Of a stretch of DNA of 64,000 bases, positions 31,705-44,324 are shown piece by piece. Below the pieces are notes generated by a model. That model saw only the letters and a list, made by a program, of their open reading frames with translations, searched no databases and was not told the origin of the DNA. The number at the start of each line of letters is the position of its first letter. The stretch's first letter is position 1. Source of the stretch: an uncultured Gemmatimonadales bacterium (GTDB taxonomy: Bacteria > Gemmatimonadota > Gemmatimonadetes > Gemmatimonadales > GWC2-71-9); the NCBI GenBank assembly GCA_963821525.1, contig CAWGED010000004.1, forward strand, positions 160,001-224,000, in the 5' to 3' direction. The position numbers and the translations under genes were made by a program.

Positions 31705-32513
31705 TCGTTCACCTCACGCAGTGCAGGGCTCTCCGTCGGTGACAGTGCTTCGGTGCGGCGGACCAGCTCCTGTGCTGTCGCGAGGTAGCTCTTCGCGCCG
31801 ACCGATTGGATGTCGTACATGAGGATCGGCTTGCCGAAACTCGGCGCCTCGGCGAGCCGCACGTTACGAGGGATTACCGTCGGAAACATCTTGGCGCCGA
31901 AGTACTCCTTCGCATCGGCCGCCACCTGGCGACAGAGATTGATCCGCGAATCGTACATCGTGAGGAGCACGCCATCGATCGCGAGAGCGGGATTGAAATT
32001 CTGCTGCACGAGATTGATGGTGTTGAGCAACTGCGAGATTCCCTCCAGCGCGTAGTACTCGCACTGGATCGGGATGATGACTCCGTCGGCCGCTGTCAGC
32101 ACGTTGAGCGTGATGAGTCCCAGCGAAGGCGGGCAATCGATCAGAATGAATTCGTAGGAGCCCTTGACCGGGGCGAGTGCGCGGCGGAGCACCGTTTCGC
32201 GCTCACGGCGATCGACCAGTTCGAGCTCGGCGCCCACCAGATCCTGCGTCGCCGGCAGAACGTCGAGGAAGGGCAGCGCGGGGTCATTGATAATGATGTC
32301 GCCGGCCGGACGGCCCTCGACGATGGCGTCATACAAGGCGTAACGAATGGTTTCCCGGCGAATCCCCATTCCGCTCGTGGCGTTGCCCTGGGGATCGGCA
32401 TCGACCAGCAGGGTCTTCCGCTCTGCGATGGCGAGGGACGCAGCGAGATTCACCGCGGTGGTCGTCTTCCCCACCCCGCCCTTCTGGTTGGCGATCGCGA
32501 TGAGTCTTGCCAT
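31701..32513 (-). CDS. parA: Chromosome partitioning ATPase ParA/Soj
   Basis: [39 protein letters not shown]. Confidence 0.97.
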   Translation of the reverse strand: MARLIAIANQKGGVGKTTTAVNLAASLAIAERKTLLVDADPQGNATSGMGIRRETIRYALYDAIVEGRPAGDIIINDPALPFLDVLPATQDLVGAELELVDRRERETVLRRALAPVKGSYEFILIDCPPSLGLITLNVLTAADGVIIPIQCEYYALEGISQLLNTINLVQQNFNPALAIDGVLLTMYDSRINLCRQVAADAKEYFGAKMFPTVIPRNVRLAEAPSFGKPILMYDIQSVGAKSYLATAQELVRRTEALSPTESPALREVNE

Positions 32514-32627
32514 TTATCTCGTAAAGTATTTGATTGCAGAGAGTTAGCAAGTATCACTCGAAAATATCGAACGGCGGCGGCAGTTAGAATATAGATCCAA
32601 ATGCTCTAACAGCAATGGAATGGGCCG

Positions 32628-32643
32628 CGTTTCACGTGAAACG
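32628..32643. promoter_or_regulatory. parS: parS site
   Basis: Perfect palindrome CGTTTCACGTGAAACG matching the parS consensus, upstream of parA. Confidence 0.9.
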
Positions 32644-32690
32644 GGTCGAGTTGGCGCGGTTTTGGATGGGTTGGTTGCGGCTCTGAGGGG

Positions 32691-34595
32691 TCACGCCGGA
32701 TCGGCGGGGAGTTTCACGTGAAACAGGGGTCCCGAGCGGCGACGCCACTTCGCGAGCTCAATGAGCAGGTTCTGGAGATCGCTCGGTGAGACTCCAGGGA
32801 TCCTTCCAGCCTGCGCCAGCGTCGCCGGCCTGATGGCGGTCAGTTTTTCCCGCGATTCGAATGAAAGAGACCGAAAGCTCCGATAAGGGGCGTCGGCGGG
32901 AAGCTCAACCGATTCCATCCGATCGAGTCGTCCAGCTCCGGCCCTTTCCCTTTCCAGATAACCGGAATACTTCAGCTCAATCTCAGCCCACTCCAACGCG
33001 GAGTCGGAAAACCCTGCTACAGGCTGCCTAGCCAGGAGATCCTTATAGCGAATCCCCGGGCGCCGAATCAGGGCCGCCATGCGCACCGGCTCCTCAATCG
33101 GGGCCGACTGATTGAGTGCCAGCAGGTCGTTTACAGCTTCGGGCGGCAGTGGCGGTCTCGACCGCGAGGGCGAGAGCTTTGTCCTGCTCCTCAAGCTGAG
33201 TGGCCGCCTTCCTCGACTCACCGTCGGTCAGCAGACCCAAGCCCTCTCCGATCTCAAATAGCCGCCGCAGTGCGTTGTCTTGGCGTAGGAGTAGTCGAAA
33301 CTCCGCTCGAGAGGTGAACATTCGGTAGGGTTCGTCGACCCCACGGCTGACCAAGTCGTCAATCAGTACCCCGATCATCGCCTGGTCACGACGCAGGACG
33401 ATCGACTCCCGCTCCAGCGCTGCCCCAGCTGCATTGATTCCGGCGACGATCCCCTGCGCCGCAGCCTCCTCGTACCCCGTTGTTCCGTTGATCTGGCCAG
33501 CGAAGAAGAGTCCGCCGATCCCTCGCACTTCCAAGGTCGGCTGGAGCTGGGTCGGCGGGAAATAATCGTACTCGATCGCATACCCCGGACGGGTCATGCG
33601 CACCTGCTCGAGTCCGGGGATTGAGCGCAGGAACTCTACCTGAACCGCGTGGTGGCAACGAGGTCGAGAGACCATTCACATACAGCTCGGAAGTCTCCAG
33701 TCCCTCTGGCTCGAGGAAGACCTGGTGCCGCTCTGCATCGGGGAACTTGACGATCTTGTCTTCGATCGACGGGCAGTAGCGAGGGCCTCTCCCGCTGATG
33801 GCACCGCCATACAGCGCCGACTGGTAGCAGGTGTTCCTGAATGATGCGCTTGAGCTCAGGTCCCGCCCACGCGAGATAACACGGGAGCTGGGGAAGTCGG
33901 TCAGGTCGGTCGAAGAACGAGAACCAGTAGGGCTCCGTCTCCCCGTCCTGCCGCTGAAAGCGACTCAGGTCGAGGCTCCGCCCGTCGATCCTCGGAGGGG
34001 TCCCTGTCTTGAAGCGTTCTATTGTAAGTCCTTCTCTCCCAAGTGCTTCCGCTATCTCAACGGCGGGAGCATCACCCGCTCTGCCCGCAGGGATCTGAGT
34101 GTCGAGGCCAAGGTGAATCCGGCCCCTCAGGAAGGTCCCCGCAGTAAGGATCACTGAACGCGCCCCAAGACGCCGGCCCTCGCGGGTCACCACAGCGCGA
34201 ACCCTTCCGCCTTGTACCGCCAGGTCGGCAACCGTGCCCTGGAGAAATTCGAGGTTCGGCTGAGCCTCCAGCAGCGATCGCACCGCACGACGGTAGAGGC
34301 CACGATCGCACTGCGCCCGTGGAGACCAGACCGCTGGTCCCTTGGAGCGGTTGAGCATCCGATACTGAATCGCGGCGAGATCAGTCGCCCGCCCCATGAC
34401 CCCGCCCAGCGCATCCACCTCCCGGACCAGGGTGCCCTTCGCAATCCCGCCGATTGCCGGATTGCACGACATCTGACCGATGGACTCGAGACTCTGGGTC
34501 AGGAGAAGGGTGCGCGCGCCGCGGCGGGCCGCGGCGTTAGCCGCCTCGGCGCCGGCGTGCCCGCCGCCGATCACGATGACGTCGAATTGCTCCAT
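32691..34595 (-). CDS. mnmG: tRNA uridine modification enzyme MnmG/GidA (frameshifted)
   Basis: [57 protein letters not shown]. Confidence 0.96.
32710..32725. promoter_or_regulatory. parS: parS site within mnmG 3' end
   Basis: AGTTTCACGTGAAACA. Confidence 0.9.
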
Positions 34596-34610
34596 GGGCC
34601 ACAAAATAGC

Positions 34611-34635
34611 AGGGGCGGCCGAGCCGGTCGCCCCT
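34611..34635 (-). terminator. Probable terminator after ABC permease
   Basis: Minus strand AGGGGCGACCG-gct-CGGCCGCCCCT followed by GCTATTTT. Confidence 0.5.
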
Positions 34636-34681
34636 TTAGCCTCCTGTCGTCCTTTGTCGTCCCCGTTCCCTGAGCCCGCAG

Positions 34682-36000
34682 TTACGCCGTCCTCACCCAC
34701 CTCCAGAGTTCCGCCAGTCCAGGCCGCTTCCCGTAGGCAAGGATGCCAATCCGATAGATCCGGGACGCGATCCAGCACATGATCAGGACACCCGCGATTG
34801 TCGCCAGGATGGAGAGCAGCAGTTCCACCAGCGGCAGGGGCGCAACGGAGTAGCGAATTGGTGTCGCGAAGGGAGCGGTGAACGGAATCAGGCTGAGCGT
34901 ACGAGCCAGGGTACTATTGGGGTCATTCATCAGCGGGAACATCGTCATCAGGCCGAGCACAATCGCCGATGGTGACGGGATGTTGGGTCTGGTTGGCGTC
35001 CTGCTGGCTGCTGCACATGGCCCCGACGGCGGCATACAGCGAGGCGAAGAGGAAAAAGCCCAGCACGAAGAAGAGAAGAAAGACCGCCAGTAGCGGGAGC
35101 GTGACCGTCGGGAGCTGCACGCCCTTTGCCGCATCGCTCGACATGTGCAGGATCGAGAGAATCGGCGCGACGTTGGCGGTGAGGTACAACCCCGCCATGG
35201 CCCAGATGCCCAGCTGGAACAATCCAACGGAGGCCACCCCGACGACTTTGCCGAGCATCAGCTGAAACGGGGTAACGCTCGAGGCGAGGACCTCGACAAT
35301 GCGCGACGTCTTCTCCTCGAGGACCGAGCTCATCACCTGAATCCCGTAGAACAGCAGTGCGAAGTACATCATCAACGTCATGACATACACGAGGAAGAAG
35401 GAGGATTCTCCCGATTCCCCGGTGAGCTTCCCGTCGGTGATCTTCGAGGTGACAAGCTCTACCTGCCCCGACGCCTCCTGGACGGCCTCGGCCCCCACGC
35501 CTTGTCGCACCAATCTCTCGGTGAGCACGACCGGCCGGAGCGCGGCCTGCAGGTTACCCATTTCGCTAAGGCTCCCGACATTGCCGCCGTAGTAGGGAAT
35601 CTCACCCGAGGCGAGAGCGTCCTCGGTAACCAGGAGGAACCCGTCGAGCTTTACCCGGGACCTCCTCCCGCTTCCCGGTCAGCGGAATGAGGGAGTCCTT
35701 CACCGCATCGATTCGTCCAGGCGCGGCGGTGATTCGCTCAACGCGATACTTCTGAGCTGCGGAGGCGCCGGTTCCAACTTTGACATCCCGAAGCGCCGCC
35801 TCGACCCGCGCGCCGAACGACCCTTGGGCCGCGTCCACTACGGCGATGCGCCAGGTCCCGGCCCCCCGGGTCGAGAGCACGATCTGCCCAGCGATCATCA
35901 GGGTAAAGAAGAGAGGGATCAATACCGTGCTGATCACGAAGGCGCGGGTCCGCACCCGCTCCCGGAATTCCCGGGTGACGACGGCGAGGAACTTACGCAT
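34682..36000 (-). CDS. ABC-2 type permease, NatB/YhaP-like (frameshifted)
   Basis: REFRERVRT, EEKTSRIVEVL, GKVVG, YAAVGA, IYRIGIL.YGKRP. Confidence 0.88.
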
Positions 36001-36949
36001 GGACTTCCTCCCGGGCCGGCGCCACCGCCGCTTCCGCCCCAACCTTGGCAATGAAGATGGATTGCAGGGACGGCTCGACAATCTCGAATCGGCTCAGCCC
36101 AACATCCGCATCGACCAGGGCCCGGAGTAGCCGATCGGGATTTCCGTCGCTCGCGAGTTCGACCTCGGCCGACCCGCCATAGTCATCGGCCCGGGCAACC
36201 AGCGCCGGATCCCGGAGGATCCTCGCGGCGCTGGCCTGGTTCCTCGTGAAGACCAGCGCTACATGCCGGGTGCCGAATTCACGCTTTACCTCGCTGAGCG
36301 CTCCGTCGAGAACCTTCTCCCCTCTGGCGATGATGGCGACCCTGTCGCACATCCGTTCTGCCTGCTCCATGATGTGAGTGGAGAAGAGCACGGTGCGACC
36401 CTCCCGGGCGATTTCGACCACCACGTCCTTCATGAGCTGGCTGTTGACGGGATCCAGCCCGCTGAACGGCTCATCGAGGACGACCAGCTCCGGGTCATGC
36501 AACAACGAACCGATGAACTGGACTTTCTGCTGCATGCCCTTGGAGAGATCCTCGACCTTCTTTCTGGTCCAATCCCCCAAGCCGAGCCGCTCGAGCCAGG
36601 TCCGGGCGCGCCGCACGCTGTCGAGGCGCCGCAGCCCGCGGATTTCTCCCAGAAATGCCAGCTGGTCGAGGACCCGCATCTTCCGGTAGAGCCCCCTCTC
36701 CTCCGGCAGGTATCCGACCCGAGCCGAGAGATCGCGCGCGGCCGCGTGGTTGCCGAACAGGCGGACGGATCCGGTGTCGGGAACCAGGATGTTGAGGATC
36801 ATTCGGATCGTAGTGCTCTTCCCCGCCCCATTGGGACCGAGCAGGCCGAAGATGCCGCCGCCGGGAATGCTCAGCGAGAGGTCGCGAACCGCGGTGTGCC
36901 CCGCGAACCGCTTGGTGATCCGATCGACTGTAACGACGGCTTCGGCCAT
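35993..36949 (-). CDS. ABC-2 ATP-binding protein, NatA/YhaQ-like
   Basis: GPNGAGKST, YLPEERGLY, LSKGMQQK, DEPFSGLDPVN. Confidence 0.92.
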   Translation of the reverse strand: MAEAVVTVDRITKRFAGHTAVRDLSLSIPGGGIFGLLGPNGAGKSTTIRMILNILVPDTGSVRLFGNHAAARDLSARVGYLPEERGLYRKMRVLDQLAFLGEIRGLRRLDSVRRARTWLERLGLGDWTRKKVEDLSKGMQQKVQFIGSLLHDPELVVLDEPFSGLDPVNSQLMKDVVVEIAREGRTVLFSTHIMEQAERMCDRVAIIARGEKVLDGALSEVKREFGTRHVALVFTRNQASAARILRDPALVARADDYGGSAEVELASDGNPDRLLRALVDADVGLSRFEIVEPSLQSIFIAKVGAEAAVAPAREEVHA

Positions 36950-37089
36950 GATTCGCCCGTCCGGGGGTTGAAGAGGCGCCGCTCCTACGCCGGCCCGTCC
37001 TTCGCAGTTTCGGCGGATTCTGGCCGATCCTTGGCTTGTTTCCTATAATTGCGGCCAAGTACTGGCGAACGGCCTTTCTGATCCAGCCA

Positions 37090-37305
37090 ATGCCCTATGA
37101 AATCATCATTAATCGCGAGCTTTGCGAGAGTAACGCCGAGTGCGTTGCCATGGCGCCGGGGGTATTCGCGCTCGATGATGAGGACTTCTGCGTGGTGGTT
37201 GATCCGGAAGGCGCGAGAGACAAACGCATCCTCGATGCCGCGCGCGCCTGCCCGGTGGACGCCATCACTCTGATCGACCACTACGGCGAACAAGCCTGGC
37301 CCTGA
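37090..37305 (+). CDS. Single-cluster ferredoxin, [3Fe-4S]-type
   Basis: CESNAEC...APGVF...CPVDAI. Confidence 0.85.
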   Translation: MPYEIIINRELCESNAECVAMAPGVFALDDEDFCVVVDPEGARDKRILDAARACPVDAITLIDHYGEQAWP

Positions 37306-37312
37306 GACGAGA

Positions 37313-37343
37313 AAGCCCTCCGGCTGACTGGCCCGGAGGGCTT
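37313..37343. terminator. Hairpin between convergent genes
   Basis: AAGCCCTCCGG...CCGGAGGGCTT 11-bp stem. Confidence 0.65.
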
Positions 37344-37369
37344 GATGCATCAGGTTGAGCCGGCGTTCC

Positions 37370-37648
37370 CTACCATTCGGCCAGTTTCGAAATCCGCCCG
37401 ACTACTTCCCGAGGCACGACCAAGTGCCGGTGTTGAGGCCGCACCCCGAACTTGAGGGTACGCGCGATGAACTCCTCCCGGGGTAAGCCGCCCCCTTCGT
37501 TGCGATGCTCCGCCACATCGTGCAGCAAGACCCCGCGGTCGGTCTCCTCGTGATAGCGGCCAACATAGAGGACATCTCCCGTAGTCTCCAGCACGACGGT
37601 GATGCCGTGTAGCTCCGAATGACCGGGGTGAAAGACGTGACCGCTCAC
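37370..37648 (-). CDS. Hypothetical 92-aa protein, possible Sm/LSm-like fold
   Basis: GTG start overlapping brxA stop; LHGITVVLETTGDVLYVGRY...VLLHDV...LVVPREVVGRI. Confidence 0.6.
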   Translation of the reverse strand: MSGHVFHPGHSELHGITVVLETTGDVLYVGRYHEETDRGVLLHDVAEHRNEGGGLPREEFIARTLKFGVRPQHRHLVVPREVVGRISKLAEW

Positions 37649-38082
37649 GTCAAACCGAACTGGTTGCGCAGAATTTGTCGAACGCCGCCACCAGGTCCTT
37701 GGCGATGTCCTGCGGGCCCCGTCCCTCGATCTGGTGACGATGGACAAAGTGGACCACCTCGCCGTCGCTGAAGAGGGCGAGTGAAGGAGAGCTCGGGAGC
37801 GTAGTCGCTGAAATACTGGCGGGCCCGAGCCGAGGCTTCCAGATCGACGCCGGCGAACACCGTGACCACCCGCTGGGGACGGTTCCCGTGCTGCAGGGCC
37901 AGCGAAAGGCCAGGCCGGGCGCTTCCGGCCGCGCACCCGCACACCGAATTGACGAATACCAGCGTGGTTCCACGCTGGTCACCGAGCGCGGCGTCCACCT
38001 CGGCGACAGTCTTCAATTCCTGGACGCCCATGCGCACCATCTCTTCGCGCATCGGCTGTACCACTCGGGGATCATACGGCAT
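37645..38082 (-). CDS. BrxA/BrxB family bacilliredoxin (frameshifted)
   Basis: VQPMREE, NSVCGCAAGSARP, TVFAG, SSPSLALF, RHQIEG. Confidence 0.9.
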   Translation of the reverse strand: MPYDPRVVQPMREEMVRMGVQELKTVAEVDAALGDQRGTTLVFVNSVCGCAAGSARPGLSLALQHGNRPQRVVTVFAGVDLEASARARQYFSDYAPELSFTRPLQRRRGGPLCPSSPDRGTGPAGHRQGPGGGVRQILRNQFGLT

Positions 38083-38121
38083 TCAGCTCTCCTTGAATGG
38101 GTGCACCGCTCGCGAGCGATG

Positions 38122-38574
38122 CTACTCCGTGGATACTCGCTCTGCTTCCCTGGCCTCCAGCGCCGCCTTCATCGCGTGCCAGGGCAGGCTCGCACATTTC
38201 ACCCGGGCGGGATATTCCCGAACTCCGGCAAACACGGCCAGCCGGGCCGGGAGGTCGTCCGTGGCTCCGGCCTGACCGGTAACCATCCGCTGGAAGCTGG
38301 CGAAGATTTCGCCGGCCTCTTCTTTGGTCTTGCCCTTGACCACCGTCGTCATCAGCGAGGCCGAGGCCTTCGAGATGGCGCAGCCGGAACCCTGGAAGCT
38401 GGCGTCGGCGATCTTGTCTCCCTCGAGCTTGAGCCACACCGAGAGGGAGTCGCCGCAAAGCGGGTTGTACCCGTCCGCGTGGCGGTTGGCTCCTTCCATT
38501 ACCCGGAAGTTGCGCGGCGCGCGGTTGTGGTCCAGGATCAGGCTCTGATAGAGCTCGCTGAGGTCGCCGTTCAT
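38122..38574 (-). CDS. sufU: SUF-type NifU-like protein
   Basis: ILDH, NPLCGD, GCAISKASAS, RVKCA. Confidence 0.93.
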   Translation of the reverse strand: MNGDLSELYQSLILDHNRAPRNFRVMEGANRHADGYNPLCGDSLSVWLKLEGDKIADASFQGSGCAISKASASLMTTVVKGKTKEEAGEIFASFQRMVTGQAGATDDLPARLAVFAGVREYPARVKCASLPWHAMKAALEAREAERVSTE

Positions 38575-39831
38575 CCGAACACCTTCCGCACCTCTTCTAG
38601 CGCCTCGACCAGAACGTCCACTTCCTCGCGGAGGTTGTAGAGCCCGAAGGAGGCCCGGACGGTGCCCTGGACTCCGAACCGCCTCATCAGGGGCTGGGCA
38701 CAGTGGTGGCCGGCTCGCACGGCTACTCCTCGCGCGTCGAGCACGGTCCCGACATCATGCGGATGTACCCCTTCAACCGAGAAGGAGAGAACGCTCACTC
38801 TGTCCTTGGCCGTTCCGATGAGCCGGATGCCCGGGAGCTGTCCCACCTGAGCGGTCGCATAGGAAAGCAGCTCCTGCTCGTGCCGCGCGAGGCTCTCGCC
38901 CGCGAGCGTCTGGAAGTAGTCGATCGCCGCACCCAATCCGATCGCCTGAGCGATCGGCGGAGTTCCCGCCTCGAATCGCGCGGGCGGCGGAGCGAAGGTC
39001 GTTCCTTCGAAGGCAACGCGCTCGATCATGCCCCCACCGCCCTGCCAGGGCGGCATCTTCTCGAGCAACTCGAGCCGTCCGTAGAGGAAGCCGACTCCAG
39101 TGGGCCCGTACATCTTGTGGGCTGAGGCGGCGTAGAAGTCGCATCCCAGCTGCTGAACATCCACCGGCAGGTGGGGCACCGCCTGGGCGCCGTCCACTAC
39201 CACCACCGCGCCGCGGGCGTGCGCCAGCTCGGCGATCTCCCGAACCGGATTGACCGTCCCCAGAACGTTACTCACGTGGGCCAAGGCGACGATGCGGGTC
39301 CGCGGGCCGATCAGCCGGGCGAGCGCCTCTCGCTCGAGCTCGCCATGATCGTCCACCGGAAGGGCCCGGACCACCGCACCGGTCTGCTCCGCGATCAACT
39401 GCCAGGGCACCAGATTCGAATGGTGCTCCATCTCGGTGAGAAGGATCTCGTCGCCCGGCTTTAGGAAGCGCCGGCCAAAGCTCCCGGCGACCAGATTGAG
39501 CGAAGCGGTAGTGCCCGAAGTGAAGATGATCTCCGAAGCATGACCGGCATTGATGAACGCCCGCACCTTTTCGCGGGCTTCGTCGTACGCCGCCGTGGCC
39601 TCCTGGCTCAGGGTATGAACACCCCGGTGCACGTTGGCGGCGTGGGTCAGCTCGAAAGTGCTGATTGCTTCAATGACCTGACGGGGACGCTGGCTGGTGG
39701 CCGCGTTGTCGAGATAGATCAGAGGATACCCGCGGATCCGGAGGGCAAGCCCCGGAAAGTCATCTTCTCACACGCTCCGCATCGAACGGGGCGGCGCCTG
39801 CAACGCCGGGAACGCGGGCCGTGGCGGTCAC
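38571..39831 (-). CDS. sufS: Cysteine desulfurase (N-terminal frameshift)
   Basis: YLDNAAT, EHHSN, DGAQ, HKMYGPTG, RAGHHCA. Confidence 0.95.
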
Positions 39832-41138
39832 GCCTCGGTGCCTTCCTCGAGGCGGGCGTTCACCAGGGATTCCAGCCCAGAACGGAGGGCAGGATAGGGT
39901 AGTTCCTCCAGTATTTCCGCGGCAAAGGCGTAGGTCAGGATCTTCCGGCCCAAAAGCGGACCGATGCCGCGGCTCTTGAGATAGAAAGCAGCCAGCGGAT
40001 CCAGATTTCCCACCGTCGCACCGTGAGTGCACTTCACATCATCGGCGAAGATTTCGAGCTGGGGCTTGGTGTCCACCTTCGCGCGATCGGATAACAGGAG
40101 GTTCCGGTTCGTCTGCTTGGCATCGGTCTTCTGCGCTTCCGGAGTCACGAAAACCTTGCCGTTGAAGATCGCGTGGGCGGTTCCGTCCAGGATGCCCTTG
40201 TAGACCTCGCGGGTCGAGCAGTTGGGTGAGGCATGAAGAATCGAGGTGTGATTATCCACCTCCTGACGCCCGCGGCCCATGTACAGACCGAGCAACTGAC
40301 CTTCGATGCCGGGACCGTTCAGCACCACGTCGAGATTGTTGCGGCAGATGGCGGCCCCCAGGCTGATCGAGAAGCTGGTCGAGTGGCTGTCCCGTTCCTG
40401 GTGGATGTGGGTCGTCCCGACGTGGTAGGCCTGCTCACTCTCCCGCTGGATCTTGCTGTGTTCGAGCCGGGCCCCTTCACCGACGACCGCCTCGGTGACC
40501 GTGTTCACCAGATAGCTGCCGCCCTGAAGCGCGACGAAGCTCTCAATGACCGCCCCCGAGGCGCCAGCTTCGAGCAGAATGAAGTTGCGGGGATAGGCGG
40601 CGGATCCAGCAGTGGAGCCGTCGGAGACGAACACGGCGTGGACCGGCCCGGACATCGCGGCTCCGGCCTTCACGTGGACAAAGACTCCATCGTGACCGAA
40701 GGCGGTGTTGAGTGCGGTGAACCCGCTCTTCTCCATCTTGGCGTATTGTCCGAGGTGGTCTCCCAGCAGCTTCCCATGGGTCCCCAGCGCCGTCGCGAGA
40801 TTGGAGACCGTGACCCCTTCAATCTTGGGGGCCGGTGTCGAGAGTTCCGGAGAAAACCGTCCGTTGAGGAAGACCAGAGCACACCCACCCGGAAGCGAGT
40901 AGAGAAACCGAGCCACATCCTGTGTGGTCAGCGCGGCCGGTGCGACCGGAGCTAATGGAAAGCTCCGCGAGGTGATGGGATTGAGGTTGTTGAACCGCCA
41001 ATCCTCTTCCCGGGCGCCCGGGAATCCCTGGGCCGCAAAACGCTCGATAGCCGAACGGCGCAACCCGGTCAGCCATGGGGCCTTGCTCCCGCCGTTTTGG
41101 GAGGCGGCTTCGAAGTCAGTCAGGTACGCAGTCGTCAC
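39828..41138 (-). CDS. sufD: Fe-S assembly protein SufD
   Basis: EDWRF, AQKTDAKQ, KPQLEIFADDVKCTHGATVG, YLKSRGI. Confidence 0.95.
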   Translation of the reverse strand: MTTAYLTDFEAASQNGGSKAPWLTGLRRSAIERFAAQGFPGAREEDWRFNNLNPITSRSFPLAPVAPAALTTQDVARFLYSLPGGCALVFLNGRFSPELSTPAPKIEGVTVSNLATALGTHGKLLGDHLGQYAKMEKSGFTALNTAFGHDGVFVHVKAGAAMSGPVHAVFVSDGSTAGSAAYPRNFILLEAGASGAVIESFVALQGGSYLVNTVTEAVVGEGARLEHSKIQRESEQAYHVGTTHIHQERDSHSTSFSISLGAAICRNNLDVVLNGPGIEGQLLGLYMGRGRQEVDNHTSILHASPNCSTREVYKGILDGTAHAIFNGKVFVTPEAQKTDAKQTNRNLLLSDRAKVDTKPQLEIFADDVKCTHGATVGNLDPLAAFYLKSRGIGPLLGRKILTYAFAAEILEELPYPALRSGLESLVNARLEEGTEA

Positions 41139-41890
41139 GCTGCCCTCGGCCCCCCAGTCAACCAATCGTATCCCTTGGCCTCCAACTCGAGGGCCAGTTC
41201 CTTGCCCCCCGACTTCACGATGCGCCCGCCGGCGAGGACATGTACGACGTCGGGCACGATGTAATTGAGCAACCGCTGATAGTGGGTCACCAGGATCGTC
41301 GCCTTGTCCGGCCGCCGAAGCTGGTTGACCCCGGCTGCAACAACCCGTAAGGCATCGATGTCGAGCCCGGAGTCGGTTTCATCTAAAATTGCGAGCCGGG
41401 GCTCCAGCACCGCCATCTGGAGGATCTCGTTGCGCTTCTTCTCTCCGCCCGAGAAGCCTGCATTCACCATGCGGCCCAGAATCTCCGGACCCCAATCCAC
41501 CAGCTTCAGCCGCTCTTCGGCCAGATCCATGAAATCGATGGGATCGAGCTCCTCCTCACCTCGCGCCTTCCGGATTTCGTTCAGCGCTGCCCTGAGGAAA
41601 TAGGCGTTGGTGACGCCGGGGATCTCCACTGGATACTGGAAGGCAAGGAAGACCCCTGCCCTGGCGCGATCTTCAGGCTCCATGTCCAGGAGATCCTGCC
41701 CGTCGTAGGTCACCGTACCTTCGGTGACCTCGTACACCGGATGCCCGGCCAGCACCTGGGCCAGCGTGCTCTTGCCGGAGCCGTTCGGTCCCATGACCGC
41801 ATGCACCTCGCCCGGGTTCACCGTGAGCGTGATGCCGTTGAGGATCTTCTTCTCTCCCGCCTGAGCGTGGAGGTTGTTGACCTGTAGCAC
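41135..41890 (-). CDS. sufC: Fe-S assembly ATPase SufC
   Basis: GPNGSGKST, FQYPVEIPG, FSGGEKKR, DETDSGLDID. Confidence 0.97.
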   Translation of the reverse strand: MLQVNNLHAQAGEKKILNGITLTVNPGEVHAVMGPNGSGKSTLAQVLAGHPVYEVTEGTVTYDGQDLLDMEPEDRARAGVFLAFQYPVEIPGVTNAYFLRAALNEIRKARGEEELDPIDFMDLAEERLKLVDWGPEILGRMVNAGFSGGEKKRNEILQMAVLEPRLAILDETDSGLDIDALRVVAAGVNQLRRPDKATILVTHYQRLLNYIVPDVVHVLAGGRIVKSGGKELALELEAKGYDWLTGGPRAA

Positions 41891-41929
41891 CGTGAAAATC
41901 TCCCTTGAGTTGCGAAACCTTCGTCTCCC

Positions 41930-43362
<1,433 letters not shown>

Positions 43363-43366
<4 letters not shown>

Positions 43367-44082
43367 GCAGACTCCTCGTTCGACTCACGGTTCCAGGTAA
43401 GGTCGGTCAACTCTCCGGTTTCGGGAAAGCGAACCTTGTATTCACAGGCGGTGCAGCCCTGAAGAATGTGGGCCTCACGTTCCACCGCCGCCGCGAGCAC
43501 CTCGTGCAGGAACTTTGCTTCCGCCTCGCAGATCTCCGGAAATCGCTCGGCCACTGCACGAATGGCACAGTGATGCTCGGTGAGCTTGTATTCGCCGAGT
43601 CCTTCGGTCCATTCCGCCATGAAGCCGCCGTCCGTCAGTGCTTGCCGCACCACTTCTCGACGCCGGGAAGGCGAGGCACCAGCCAGCTCGGCCTGCAGTT
43701 TGTGCGCAAGGTCGGCGAAACGGGTTTCCATGGCGGACACGATGGCGGCTCGGCCAGACTGAGCCGCGAGGCGATCCAGCACATCGGTGAGGAGTTCGGC
43801 CTGCCGCTGAGGAAACAGGCCTTCGCCCTCAGCCGTGAGATGGTAGGCAAAGGTGGGGGCTCCGACTCCACGCTGCTCCCGCCGGTAGCCCACGACCCCT
43901 TCAGCCTCGAGCTCCTTCAAATGATGCCGGACGGCATTGAGGGACAGGCTCAACTTGGTGGCCAGGTCCCGGGCAGTGAGCTGGCCAGCGCGCTTCAACT
44001 CCAGCAGAAGGTCCCCCCGGGGCCCGTGGTAGGCCGCCGGCAAGGGGCTATGTGAGGGCAGGTGAAGGGGTAGCGAGGCCAT
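43363..44082 (-). CDS. sufR: SufR-like HTH regulator
   Basis: HTH (AVRHHL..LEAEG) plus C-terminal HCAI...EIC...C..C; first gene of the suf operon. Confidence 0.8.
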
Positions 44083-44324
44083 GGCAGCGGGAATCCTAGC
44101 GTCTTAGTCGGCATTTGTCAAAGTAAACGCCAACATATTGGTACGAATGTCGCAAGCGAGATGCTGGCATCGACTTAAGGCAGATTTTGCTTCGGCATTT
44201 TAATGGGGTCTTCTTAGCTACTACTATACAGCGCAAGTACGCCTTTCTCGTTATTGTGGGTTTGGGGTTGAAATAGCAGATTAGACCCAGCTTTTCGGCC
44301 CTCACACGCCAAACCGCGCCGATC

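Noticed and set aside
44100..44150. SufR operator (CCAA-cata-TTGG)
   Set aside because: Too short and weak to call without comparative data
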